This document shows positions 54,230 through 63,376 of a stretch of DNA of 64,000 nucleotides, piece by piece (the stretch's first letter is position 1; each line of letters begins with the position of its first letter). Origin of the DNA: a virus (lineage: Duplodnaviria > Heunggongvirae > Uroviricota > Caudoviricetes); the IMG/VR virus record IMGVR_UViG_3300047552_001889, positions 64,001-128,000 of that record, one strand, 5' to 3'. Made by a program: the position numbers and the translations under genes. The notes below the pieces were generated by a model that saw only the letters and a list, made by a program, of their open reading frames with translations, did no database searches and had not been told where the DNA came from.

Positions 54230-55066
54230 ATGAATAAGAAGGAAAAAATGATTGAGGAGTTTCTTGCTGAGCCAATTAAGGCTGGGGATGTCGTTACTGT
54301 AAGAGGTCTTGGCACTCAAGATAAGAAAGCATTTGCAAATTCTACCAAAGTTATTGAAGTTCATGATGATGAGTCAATTACCATCAACGAGTATCACTAT
54401 CCATCTCCTAAAAGAATTCAAAAAGGAGACTATAGAAAAAATACAGACAGAATTGGGGCAGACCCATTCCCAGAAAAGTCATGGTATGCTAGTCTTAGAA
54501 TGATTATGTTTGACCTATACTCAATAACCCATGCTTGTGGAATGCAAAAGCTAGATAAGGAGTATGACTTTGGAACGAAGAACACCTACATAGTCAATGA
54601 ACTGAACTGGAATCCATTCTTCATTGACAAGGATGGAAATGAAATTGTATATCAGAGAGAATTATGTTGGACCACAAAGCAGAAGCAGCTTCTTATCGAG
54701 TCCATCTATAACGACATTGAAATAGGTAAGATTGTCATAAGAAGACGCTCATATGACTGGGTTAAGAATAGATGCTTAAGTGGTAAGGAGGCATTCTTTA
54801 AGGACATCGTTGACGGAAAGCAAAGACTTAACGCAATCTTGGGATTCATCAACGGAGAGTTCAAGGACCTTCATGGAAACAAGTGGAATGACCTATCTGA
54901 CCATGCTCAGCATAAGTTCTTCAAATTTTCATCTGTTGGATATGGTGAGATTGGTGAGAATGCAACTGATGAAGATGTTAAGTCAGTATTTCTTAACATT
55001 AACTTTGCTGGAGTTAAAATGTCTAAGGAACACATAGACTTCGTAAAGTCAATTCAAATCAAGTAA
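54230..55066 (+). CDS. DUF262 (GmrSD N-terminal/ParB-like) domain protein
   Basis: YQRELCW...QKQLLIESI...IG.IV, IVDGKQRLNAI, FLNIN.AG. Confidence 0.85.
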   Translation: MNKKEKMIEEFLAEPIKAGDVVTVRGLGTQDKKAFANSTKVIEVHDDESITINEYHYPSPKRIQKGDYRKNTDRIGADPFPEKSWYASLRMIMFDLYSITHACGMQKLDKEYDFGTKNTYIVNELNWNPFFIDKDGNEIVYQRELCWTTKQKQLLIESIYNDIEIGKIVIRRRSYDWVKNRCLSGKEAFFKDIVDGKQRLNAILGFINGEFKDLHGNKWNDLSDHAQHKFFKFSSVGYGEIGENATDEDVKSVFLNINFAGVKMSKEHIDFVKSIQIK

Positions 55067-55068
55067 AT

Positions 55069-55290
55069 ATGCCAGAGTTAAATAAAGATAACATTCCTTC
55101 TCCAAAAATGGATGAGTTTCTTGGAAAAGTTGACGCACTTTGTCGTGAATATGGATTCGAGTTCTACCCAACAATTGAAGGTTGGACTGGCAAAGTAGAT
55201 GAAAATGGAGAATATCCAACATTTGCTTGCATTGGAGAAAATGAAGCTGTTAAATTAATTTATATTGATGGTGATGGGCGTGGAAAATAA
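55069..55290 (+). CDS. hypothetical protein
   Basis: Packed ORF. Confidence 0.7.
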   Translation: MPELNKDNIPSPKMDEFLGKVDALCREYGFEFYPTIEGWTGKVDENGEYPTFACIGENEAVKLIYIDGDGRGK

Positions 55291-55621
55291 AACAACTAGA
55301 AAACCATTGAGCCAAGTAACGGAGGAAGATGCAAAGCAGATAATAAGAGCTGGCTATCCATCTTTCTTCGTGGTTGATAACTGGAAGTTTAAGGATGACT
55401 CAGAAACTATGAGAGAACCTTGCAAATACCTGTATTCAAAATACAAGGCATATGAATTTACCTTCTATAATGATGATATTTCTATTAGCTTAACAAGTGA
55501 TGATGCTCCAATTAGTTTTGATGATGCTAATTTCGACACAAAAATTGAATGCTTTGTTGCAGCTCATAACTTAGGCTACATTGTAACAAAGTTAGAAGGG
55601 TTAAAAGGATTGAAACACTGA
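55265..55621 (+). CDS. hypothetical protein
   Basis: Packed ORF; exact start uncertain. Confidence 0.7.
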   Translation: MMVMGVENKTTRKPLSQVTEEDAKQIIRAGYPSFFVVDNWKFKDDSETMREPCKYLYSKYKAYEFTFYNDDISISLTSDDAPISFDDANFDTKIECFVAAHNLGYIVTKLEGLKGLKH

Positions 55622-56028
55622 TGGCAAAAAGAAGTAAAATATTGCAAGAAATTTTGGACAGCATCACTCCAGAGGAAAAAGCTAGAATGGATGCTATGTT
55701 CGAAGCTCATAAAAAGTGGCATGAAGAGCATCCAGACCATAAAGAAAGATATGGAACAGACAGGTCATATTGGCTTGATAGCATTCGTGCAAAGGGATTC
55801 AATCCAATCGGAATCACAGTAATGACTTGTGAGGAGACAATCATTGTAGAGACGCAGGAAGAAAAGGAAGCGGCTTGGGAAGCGTTCAAGCCAGAGGGTT
55901 GGTGGTACACGGTTAATGAGTGGGAAGAAACTCGAAATTGGTACGTAAACGAGGCCTATGAGGGCGTGGAAGCTGATGCACCTAAGGTGTATTGCCTTGA
56001 TGAACGATTTAAAGACATCATAAAATAA
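55621..56028 (+). CDS. hypothetical protein
   Basis: Packed ORF. Confidence 0.75.
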   Translation: MAKRSKILQEILDSITPEEKARMDAMFEAHKKWHEEHPDHKERYGTDRSYWLDSIRAKGFNPIGITVMTCEETIIVETQEEKEAAWEAFKPEGWWYTVNEWEETRNWYVNEAYEGVEADAPKVYCLDERFKDIIK

Positions 56029-56032
56029 CTAT

Positions 56033-56419
56033 ATGGTAGAAAAAGTAGAAGCCTGGAGAACATCTGATGGTAAACTTTGGAGTTTAGACATGGAGGGGGT
56101 AGCGTTTATGCATGAAGAAATCTTGAATTCCAAGAAAAACGCTCAACAATTATTTGAAGAAAATAAGTCAGATATTGATGAGAGAGTTAATTCTAATATG
56201 GAATATTATCTCGGATATGTAGATGAAGATGAATTCTTTGGAGACGATGAAGACTTTGAAGACTATGATGAAGAAAAAGTTAAGTCTCAAATTTATGCTT
56301 TCGTAAATGAAGAATGGGAATGTGAAAGTGAGGAAAATAAAGTAGGCTATTGTGTGACAGTAAATGTAGACCCTGAAAGGTCTTGTATTTACTGTGGTGA
56401 GCCAGACGAAAGGAAATAA
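56033..56419 (+). CDS. acidic hypothetical protein with C-terminal Cys cluster
   Basis: WECE...YCV...CIYCG. Confidence 0.75.
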   Translation: MVEKVEAWRTSDGKLWSLDMEGVAFMHEEILNSKKNAQQLFEENKSDIDERVNSNMEYYLGYVDEDEFFGDDEDFEDYDEEKVKSQIYAFVNEEWECESEENKVGYCVTVNVDPERSCIYCGEPDERK

Positions 56420-56421
56420 TT

Positions 56422-56622
56422 ATGAAAGTTACTTTTAGACAATATCAAGGACTTGCAGGAGAATTAGATATTCTACTCATTTGTGAATCTGAAGAGGGTC
56501 ATAGTGAGTCAACTCTATACTTCAATACTGGCATATTTGCAAACTGGAATCTGAAGAGAGCAAGAAAAAGACTCATTAGAAGAATGGAGCTATTAACTGG
56601 TAAAGTAATTACAACATGTTAA
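56422..56622 (+). CDS. hypothetical protein
   Basis: Packed ORF. Confidence 0.65.
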   Translation: MKVTFRQYQGLAGELDILLICESEEGHSESTLYFNTGIFANWNLKRARKRLIRRMELLTGKVITTC

Positions 56623-56945
56623 AAATTGAAAATACACCAACGGCAGAAGAGTTTTTTGGCCAAGATAATGGTCTCTACACAGCCTATGGTGTAAAGGATA
56701 AGGAAGGTAAGTTTCAATCAGTTTGCTCATATGAAAAAGCTATTGAGTTCGCAAAGATACACGTTGAAGCAGCTCTGAAGAAGGTATATCAAAAGAGTAG
56801 AGTTAAGATTTCCCCGCACTACTCTAGCAGGCCAGTCTACCTTGTTGAAGAACGATTGGTAAGGGAATTTGACGGTACTCAAATCTGGGTTTCAGTTAGC
56901 GAGGATTCTATAATGAACTGCTATCCACTTGATAACATTAAGTAA
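56616..56945 (+). CDS. hypothetical protein
   Basis: Packed ORF. Confidence 0.7.
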   Translation: MLKIENTPTAEEFFGQDNGLYTAYGVKDKEGKFQSVCSYEKAIEFAKIHVEAALKKVYQKSRVKISPHYSSRPVYLVEERLVREFDGTQIWVSVSEDSIMNCYPLDNIK

Positions 56946-56951
56946 TTTAGC

Positions 56952-57140
56952 ATGTCTAGTTTCAGAAAGATTAAGAAGAAGGTTAAGGCTACAAAGAATC
57001 AGCGATTCATCAGGTCGGTCATTGCCGACATGAAGTCTATAAAGTACTGGAAGAAGATAAATCATCTGAACTCAAAGTCCAACATGAAAGTTCTGACTAA
57101 AAACTTTTACTGGAGAGGAATGATAGTTGGCAATTTTTAA
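56952..57140 (+). CDS. small basic protein
   Basis: K/R-rich ORF. Confidence 0.6.
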   Translation: MSSFRKIKKKVKATKNQRFIRSVIADMKSIKYWKKINHLNSKSNMKVLTKNFYWRGMIVGNF

Positions 57141-57145
57141 ATATT

Positions 57146-57970
57146 ATGAAAGACTTAGAAGGAAATATTAAGTTAGGACATCAAGCTCCAAAGGGTTGGA
57201 GAAGAAATGAATGTCATCACATTCTCATTGAGGGTGACCTTCACTATTGTTGGTCACATAACTTCGTATACAACGAAGAAGAGGAGGAGCGAAAGCTATA
57301 CAATGGTGAGCCTTGCTTCTACACCGACAACAGATTTTACACACCATTCGGGTTCAACTTCTATAAAGATACATATCTGTACAATAGAAGGTTTACACCA
57401 ATCAGCATCAAGGCAGCCATTCGGAGAGTTCTGAGCTGTAAAGGCATTCCAGTAGGAACAATCGTTCAACTCAATAAGTCATACTACCATCCAGGCAAGA
57501 AAATTGACAATTCATATCTTTTTAAAATTAGAAAAGAGAATCCAGTTAACATCAAGTTTGAGGTTAACAAGCCTTCATATTTTGACAACTTCTCAACTTG
57601 TGAGCGCTCCAGAGCTCTTGTTGATGCCCTAAGAGCTAATGGATTCCTGGTTTCGGTTATTAAGGAAAACGAAAATGCCTTGAGTTCATTAATTTCCTCT
57701 GCAGGAAAAGCTATTGGAAAGAAAATTGAAGTGAAAAAGGAAGATGGTGAGATTGCTGTGGCATATGGTCATGGTAAGAAAATTGGATTCACATCACATG
57801 ACAATTCACTATTTGGATATTCATACGGGGTTGAGAGTATTCTTTGGGCTCACTACGGACACTTTAACAAGTGGAGCGATTGTCATGAAATTTCAAAGAC
57901 AACCCCAGTAGACGAGATTGTAAAAATCTTAATTGAGACTAAGGCTCCAATTGATGAGGACGACTTTTGA
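57146..57970 (+). CDS. hypothetical protein
   Basis: Long packed ORF. Confidence 0.8.
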   Translation: MKDLEGNIKLGHQAPKGWRRNECHHILIEGDLHYCWSHNFVYNEEEEERKLYNGEPCFYTDNRFYTPFGFNFYKDTYLYNRRFTPISIKAAIRRVLSCKGIPVGTIVQLNKSYYHPGKKIDNSYLFKIRKENPVNIKFEVNKPSYFDNFSTCERSRALVDALRANGFLVSVIKENENALSSLISSAGKAIGKKIEVKKEDGEIAVAYGHGKKIGFTSHDNSLFGYSYGVESILWAHYGHFNKWSDCHEISKTTPVDEIVKILIETKAPIDEDDF

Positions 57971-57977
57971 TATATTA

Positions 57978-58009
57978 TTTGCAAGTCTTAAAAAAAATAA
58001 TTAAATTCG
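57978..58009 (+). promoter_or_regulatory. Bacteroidota sigmaA-type promoter variant TTTG-N20-TAAATTCG
   Basis: One mismatch in -7 box; correct spacing. Confidence 0.55.
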
Positions 58010-58031
58010 CACAATATAAAAACAATGTTTT

Positions 58032-58844
58032 ATGTTTAAAGTTGGAATAGATAAAGAGCTGAACAAGAGGAGAAAAAATACCATTGACAGCGTAGAAAGT
58101 GTTATCACAGAGGCAAATAGACTATTGACCGCTGGTGCTGACGAAGAGGTTAAGGCCTTAAGAGCAGCAGAGCTTGACGGACAAAGAAAGCAAGTTGAGC
58201 GAGCTAAGGGTGTTGAAATTGAAAGACGTGATTTCGAGGAAAAGTATGATAGTCATGTATTCACTCAAGAGGAAATTAAGGACATATGCATTAAGTATGA
58301 CTTAAGATTTCTTAACTCAAGAGATTATATTGGAACTCTTGATTCAGAGGTTGCTACGAAGCTTAAATACTTCATCAAAAATCACCCAGAAGCTGGTGGT
58401 GGATACAGTGCTTTCTACATTATGGCTCCAGAAACAAGTTTTCATCTTGATAACAGAAAAGAGAAAAGTTTCCTTACTGTAAATGTTGACCCAGTTCTAT
58501 TGTACAAGCTTCCAGGAAATGAAAACAAATACGTTTACGTTCACAAGTGGGGAAAGGATTTTACAATCCTCAGAAGGCTGCGTGGTATGATTTTACAATC
58601 AACATCAAACATGTGGTCATTTGGAATTTCTTTCTGGATGATTGCAATTACAGCTATTTTTGGATTGTTATATGATGGATTTGTTGCAGAACCATTACAA
58701 TTCTTGCATTTCTTATGGATTGGTGCAGCTTCTGTGTTTTTAACATGGGCTACTTGGGCACTTATCTTTAATGATGGTGAAGACTTTAGTGATAGAACAA
58801 CACCAAGTGTATGGAATAGAAGTATAAAAAGAAGAAGAGGTTAA
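58032..58844 (+). CDS. membrane protein with C-terminal TM pair
   Basis: DPVLLY...VHKWG.DF; two TM segments. Confidence 0.8.
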   Translation: MFKVGIDKELNKRRKNTIDSVESVITEANRLLTAGADEEVKALRAAELDGQRKQVERAKGVEIERRDFEEKYDSHVFTQEEIKDICIKYDLRFLNSRDYIGTLDSEVATKLKYFIKNHPEAGGGYSAFYIMAPETSFHLDNRKEKSFLTVNVDPVLLYKLPGNENKYVYVHKWGKDFTILRRLRGMILQSTSNMWSFGISFWMIAITAIFGLLYDGFVAEPLQFLHFLWIGAASVFLTWATWALIFNDGEDFSDRTTPSVWNRSIKRRRG

Positions 58845-58862
58845 AAATCAAAAAAGGAAATT

Positions 58863-59150
58863 ATGAATCCAATAGTAAGAATCTCAATTTTTACAGCACT
58901 TAGCATGATGCTTATTTGCTTAATCGCATGGCTCAAGGGTAATGAGAACATCTATGTCTATGACGAAAAGAAGATGGTCAATCCAAAGGAGCTTAGCTCC
59001 AAGGATGTTGAAGACTTCAAACCATATTACTATGACTATTACAGAACCTACACAATTGCTAAGACTAAAACACCTTCAGTAATTCCTGGAATTTTCGATA
59101 GCAAGTACGACACTGTTTCTGTTGTCATTACTGATGAATATAGAAACTAA
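58863..59150 (+). CDS. membrane-anchored protein
   Basis: N-terminal TM. Confidence 0.7.
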   Translation: MNPIVRISIFTALSMMLICLIAWLKGNENIYVYDEKKMVNPKELSSKDVEDFKPYYYDYYRTYTIAKTKTPSVIPGIFDSKYDTVSVVITDEYRN

Positions 59151-59151
59151 T

Positions 59152-59355
59152 ATGGAATGGATTAAGTTGACAAAAGATAATAGGCCCCCAGAAAAGGGGC
59201 CTTATTTGTGCTTTGTCCCAGATTGTAAGCATTACAATGAGCATAGGGATTTCTATTTTTGGAATGGTGAAAACTTCATTGATGACTCCTTTTTAGGAAG
59301 GAATAGGATTGTTGAAGCATCACACTTTATGATTTTAGAAGAACCAAAAGATTAA
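59152..59355 (+). CDS. DUF551-like phage protein
   Basis: MEWIK....P...YL...SHFM..EEP; start moved to ATG 59152. Confidence 0.6.
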   Translation: MEWIKLTKDNRPPEKGPYLCFVPDCKHYNEHRDFYFWNGENFIDDSFLGRNRIVEASHFMILEEPKD

Positions 59356-59357
59356 TT

Positions 59358-59573
59358 ATGACAAGAGAAACTATTTCAGGACTTATTATACTGGCAGCTG
59401 TATTTTTTGTTGGCTATGTAATGATTCAAGTGAACACAGAAGATAAGTATGTCATGAGAGATGGTTGTGTATATCATAAGACAACTGAGTTATCTGGAGA
59501 TGATTTCGAAACAAACTATACTCTGGTTACATGTGACTCAACAAAGTTCCACAAGTACACCATTGAAAAGTGA
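59358..59573 (+). CDS. membrane-anchored small protein
   Basis: N-terminal TM, two Cys. Confidence 0.7.
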   Translation: MTRETISGLIILAAVFFVGYVMIQVNTEDKYVMRDGCVYHKTTELSGDDFETNYTLVTCDSTKFHKYTIEK

Positions 59574-59599
59574 AACAATTTTGATTTTAATACGTATAA
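59571..59599 (+). promoter_or_regulatory. ECF-type promoter TGAAAC-N16-CGTATAA
   Basis: Exact motif; TGA is upstream stop. Confidence 0.8.
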
Positions 59600-59619
59600 C
59601 ATAGGAAATTGTTATTACC

Positions 59620-60072
59620 ATGATTAGTACTTTTGATAAAATACCAGCAACAATAGAGGAACTTATTGAAATTAAGGAAAAAAACTATCTTTCTGCAAGT
59701 GAAGTTATTGTTAGACTCTATGAGCTTAAGAGAGAAGCTAGTCAAAAAGTAGAAATTCCACCATACAAGAGTAAGCCAAAATCTCCTGATAAGATGTCAA
59801 CATCAAAAGAAATCAGAGAATACGCTAATGAACTTGAGGAATGGGAAAAGTATGACAAGGAAAGAAACAAGGCCATCAAGAAATCTGAAAGAGCTGGTTC
59901 TAATGTTCCAGAACTTCTTGAGGATTTCATCAAGATTGAATCAGGCCTTACGACAAAGGTTCCAGAGAAGTATAGAGATAAGGTCTATAGTTATGCCTGG
60001 GAAAGGGGTCACTCTTGTGGATATTCAGAGGTATATATTCACCTTTGTGACCTTGTAAACATTTTTCAATAA
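59620..60072 (+). CDS. hypothetical protein
   Basis: AWERGHS.GY.EV motif. Confidence 0.8.
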   Translation: MISTFDKIPATIEELIEIKEKNYLSASEVIVRLYELKREASQKVEIPPYKSKPKSPDKMSTSKEIREYANELEEWEKYDKERNKAIKKSERAGSNVPELLEDFIKIESGLTTKVPEKYRDKVYSYAWERGHSCGYSEVYIHLCDLVNIFQ

Positions 60073-60735
60073 ATGAATAAGAAAGATTACTTAAGAAAGA
60101 AAGGAAGGTTGCCAAGTCAAGACTTGGGGACCTTGTTTGTATTTAAGTCAACCCCTGATGGTGTGGGAGAAATTACTGAACACGTAGTTTGGGATGAAAT
60201 AGAAGGTGGATACAACAGCAATAATGGCTCAACTAGATATAAAATACTTCGACTAAAAGAACCTCCTTTCGAATGCACTCTTGTAGATGGTCAAGATGTA
60301 GGTGAAGAATCTGGACATGGAAGTGGATTTGGAGACCTTTGGAGTTGGTCATACTTTTTCTCAATAAATAAGGAGTCTCTTGAAGCTAAGCGTGCTCAGG
60401 AAAATAAGAGAGTCTATGAAAAGTACCAGTTCAAAAAAAACAATTCCAGAGAAATATTCGTAGAGCTCTGCAGAGCTATTCTAAGAATCAAGGGTTCTGA
60501 GACAAATAGTAGCCTTAATTTCTATTCATCATACAAGGGAAGTTCAAAGCTTCTTAAGTATGAGGATGATGTCATTATAATTGTCGGAGGAGAAAGTGAC
60601 CTATCACTTTCCATCACACGCAAGGAAAATAGAAATCCAGTGGTATATGTCCAGGCTGATGGAGATGTTTTCCGCTCCCATGGTGAGCAGTCGCATCTAT
60701 TCCAACACGCTAAGGATATAATCTCTACATTTTAA
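60073..60735 (+). CDS. hypothetical protein
   Basis: Packed ORF. Confidence 0.75.
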   Translation: MNKKDYLRKKGRLPSQDLGTLFVFKSTPDGVGEITEHVVWDEIEGGYNSNNGSTRYKILRLKEPPFECTLVDGQDVGEESGHGSGFGDLWSWSYFFSINKESLEAKRAQENKRVYEKYQFKKNNSREIFVELCRAILRIKGSETNSSLNFYSSYKGSSKLLKYEDDVIIIVGGESDLSLSITRKENRNPVVYVQADGDVFRSHGEQSHLFQHAKDIISTF

Positions 60736-60742
60736 GTGCTAG

Positions 60743-61063
60743 ATGGCTAAGAAAAACCCAATATACCTTAACGTTAAGGATAGGTACGTGATAGGGCAGA
60801 CCAGTTTCTGTGCTAGTTCTGATAGAACAATAGATATTTCAGTTGATTCACTTGCAACTAATGAGAACCTCCTTCAGAAGCTTAACTTGATTTCTGACTT
60901 TGCTAATAGGGAAAATGCTGTTAAGTTCTTTCGATTCTATCTTACTTCGTTCAGTTCAGACTCCAGTTCATCATACCTTAGTCGCAATAAAATTATCAGA
61001 ATTCTAATATTAGAAGAAAAATTATTGCAAGATATTAAAAAAATTTTAGTAACTTGCGATTAA
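60743..61063 (+). CDS. hypothetical protein
   Basis: Packed ORF. Confidence 0.65.
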   Translation: MAKKNPIYLNVKDRYVIGQTSFCASSDRTIDISVDSLATNENLLQKLNLISDFANRENAVKFFRFYLTSFSSDSSSSYLSRNKIIRILILEEKLLQDIKKILVTCD

Positions 61064-61073
61064 ATTTTAACGA

Positions 61074-61397
61074 ATGGAATTAGAAATATACGGAATTAAG
61101 TGCGACACAAAACACTGTAACTACAGAGATGATAATGTTCAGTTTGAGGATTATCCTAACTGGATTGATAAGCCATGTCCAGTTTGCGGTGGCAACTTAT
61201 TAACCCAGAAGAACTACGAATCGTGCCTTAGAATGAAAAAGATTGCAAGGTTGATAACAGCACTCCGATGGATTAATCCAATATTTTATCTCAAGAGTTT
61301 ATATAAACTTATAACTAAAAAGAGTTTGGATGAAAATTTGCAGATTAAGTTTGAGAACGATGGAAGCATAACAAAAAGAAAATATAAATCTGAATAA
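61074..61397 (+). CDS. hypothetical Zn-binding protein
   Basis: CDTKHC...CPVCG. Confidence 0.75.
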   Translation: MELEIYGIKCDTKHCNYRDDNVQFEDYPNWIDKPCPVCGGNLLTQKNYESCLRMKKIARLITALRWINPIFYLKSLYKLITKKSLDENLQIKFENDGSITKRKYKSE

Positions 61398-61399
61398 TT

Positions 61400-61723
61400 A
61401 TGGTAGTTTTTATGGTATTGCTTGTGCTTCTATTGATTTTTGCACCAGAGTTATTGATAGCATTATTTTTACTAATTGGACTCGCTGTATTTGGAATTCT
61501 TGAGTTCATACTCAGGCTATTTGGAAAGTCATTTGATGACATCGAGCCAACTGAAGCGCAAATTAAAGAAGCGTATATTAATTATGCTGATAGTCATTGG
61601 ACACGACCAGGAAAGTTTGATGGTACTGGTTCGTGGTCTGTTAAACCAATGCAACATAGTTATGAGTCATTTGCTCGTGAGTGCAGAGAGAATCCAGAAT
61701 TTTACAAAAAATACAAGAAATGA
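61400..61723 (+). CDS. membrane-anchored protein
   Basis: Long hydrophobic N-terminus. Confidence 0.7.
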   Translation: MVVFMVLLVLLLIFAPELLIALFLLIGLAVFGILEFILRLFGKSFDDIEPTEAQIKEAYINYADSHWTRPGKFDGTGSWSVKPMQHSYESFARECRENPEFYKKYKK

Positions 61724-62094
61724 AAAGCCCATATGAAATTGAACGGGGGATAGCAGAGGCTAAGATAAAGAAGTCAAATCGTATTTTCTTTATCGTGCTG
61801 ATAGCTATTATTTTATTTATGGCCTTATTTCCATATCCAATTAAGTGGTTGATGTTGGGTGTTGTAATTTTTTTAATTTACTTATACGGATTAGACGAAT
61901 CAAGCTCAAGAGATATTAGAGGTGAAATCGAATTCTCCAGGAGTCTCGGAGAGGAATGTATTGATTGTGGTCATGATTTTTATTCAGACTGCGAGACAAA
62001 AGAAGAAAAGCTTAATGTTCCTATATTTCCTGGAAACTATAGGAGATGTAAGGAATGTGAAGCAAAATACGGAGTTTATAAGCCAAAATTATGA
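61720..62094 (+). CDS. membrane protein with Zn ribbon
   Basis: Start moved to ATG 61720; CIDC...CKEC. Confidence 0.7.
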   Translation: MKSPYEIERGIAEAKIKKSNRIFFIVLIAIILFMALFPYPIKWLMLGVVIFLIYLYGLDESSSRDIRGEIEFSRSLGEECIDCGHDFYSDCETKEEKLNVPIFPGNYRRCKECEAKYGVYKPKL

Positions 62095-63068
62095 AGCCAA
62101 TTTTTAAGAATACTGATTTATTCCAAAATGTTGATTGGGATACTGAAATCCAAACAGACGAAGAATTGGATGATGAAAGCCACGCAAGAAACGCTAGTGA
62201 CTATGCGTTGGTAATGCACCTTATTAAGGATAGTATTGACAAAATGGTTGATAGTGAGGGTGCAGATAAGATAGAAGAGCATAAGAAAGGTAATTCAATG
62301 AGAATGCTTGAATTCATGTATGCTAAGTTCATGTATCATCATGCGATGTTCTATAGAAAAAAAGACTTTCTTAATCTTAAGTTTGAGGATAATAAGCACT
62401 ACAGAAATCCAATCATAGAGTCAAGAGAAAAGCTTGGAGAAACAAAGTATGAGTCAAATTTACCACTTGAGATTCTTCAAGAAACTGCTGATGCTCTAAT
62501 AGCCAGCATAAGAAAAAGATTGGATGACTCTAAGCCAAAAGATGGCGGATTTGAAGAAGCTAAGGCTATGTTTGAGAAGGAGGGAATCGAGGTTCAAAAG
62601 CCAGTTGGAATCGGCAAGGAAAGTGATAGAGATACTGTATGCACACTTTATGACGGAATACCATATCATATGTACCTCATGAAGTCTAGCAGCCATAGAG
62701 GGAAAAGAGAGCAAGCTGAAGTTAAAAAGGAGGTTGAGGAATTTAGAGAGCTTGTCGATAAGTATCACCCACTCATTAAGAGGGTGTTCATCGCTCTAAA
62801 AAAGCAGTTCGATGGTCTTGATGACCTTTGGGTTCTTTCTGGAGGTGGTATGCAGCTGCAAGCATTCTTTGGAAGCAATGGAAAGTATATTTGCATTCTA
62901 TATCTCGGCTTGAAGGGTGAAAAACCACGTCAAGACAAGAGTTGTAATTTAATTTTTCAGTGTTTCGAAGACGAAGAAAAGTGGCAGACTTACAAGCGCT
63001 TCAATCTTGAAGACCTTAATTTCAGCGCATTTGACAAGACAAATCCATTTAAAGATGATAAATTTTAA
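62091..63068 (+). CDS. hypothetical protein
   Basis: Long packed ORF. Confidence 0.85.
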   Translation: MKPIFKNTDLFQNVDWDTEIQTDEELDDESHARNASDYALVMHLIKDSIDKMVDSEGADKIEEHKKGNSMRMLEFMYAKFMYHHAMFYRKKDFLNLKFEDNKHYRNPIIESREKLGETKYESNLPLEILQETADALIASIRKRLDDSKPKDGGFEEAKAMFEKEGIEVQKPVGIGKESDRDTVCTLYDGIPYHMYLMKSSSHRGKREQAEVKKEVEEFRELVDKYHPLIKRVFIALKKQFDGLDDLWVLSGGGMQLQAFFGSNGKYICILYLGLKGEKPRQDKSCNLIFQCFEDEEKWQTYKRFNLEDLNFSAFDKTNPFKDDKF

Positions 63069-63070
63069 TT

Positions 63071-63295
63071 ATGAAAGTACTAGGTAAGTCTTGGATTCCA
63101 ACCAGCGGAGGTCTAATTGGAGTGGTTCTATGTGAGAATGATTATGGTCAGAAGGCCTTCATCCGTGTTGTTGAAGGCTCTGATGAGGAATCAGATATTC
63201 AGAAAGTTTGCGACTGGGGCTCAACGCTCCAGATTGAGCAAGCCAAGGGATTCTTTGGCTCTCTGGTTGATGATAGTAAGTACGGAAATTACTAG
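63071..63295 (+). CDS. hypothetical protein
   Basis: Packed ORF. Confidence 0.7.
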   Translation: MKVLGKSWIPTSGGLIGVVLCENDYGQKAFIRVVEGSDEESDIQKVCDWGSTLQIEQAKGFFGSLVDDSKYGNY

Positions 63296-63314
63296 AAGAA
63301 AAATGTTTCAAATT

Positions 63315-63343
63315 TGAAACATTTTTCGTTTTTATACGTATAA
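63315..63343 (+). promoter_or_regulatory. ECF-type promoter TGAAAC-N16-CGTATAA
   Basis: Exact motif. Confidence 0.8.
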
Positions 63344-63376
63344 CTATCGTTAAATCAATTAAAAAAGAGAGTCAAG

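Noticed and set aside
1310-62768. Numerous short - strand and alternate-frame ORFs in the track
   Set aside because: They lie antisense or in shifted frames within well-supported + strand genes and carry no motifs or promoters.
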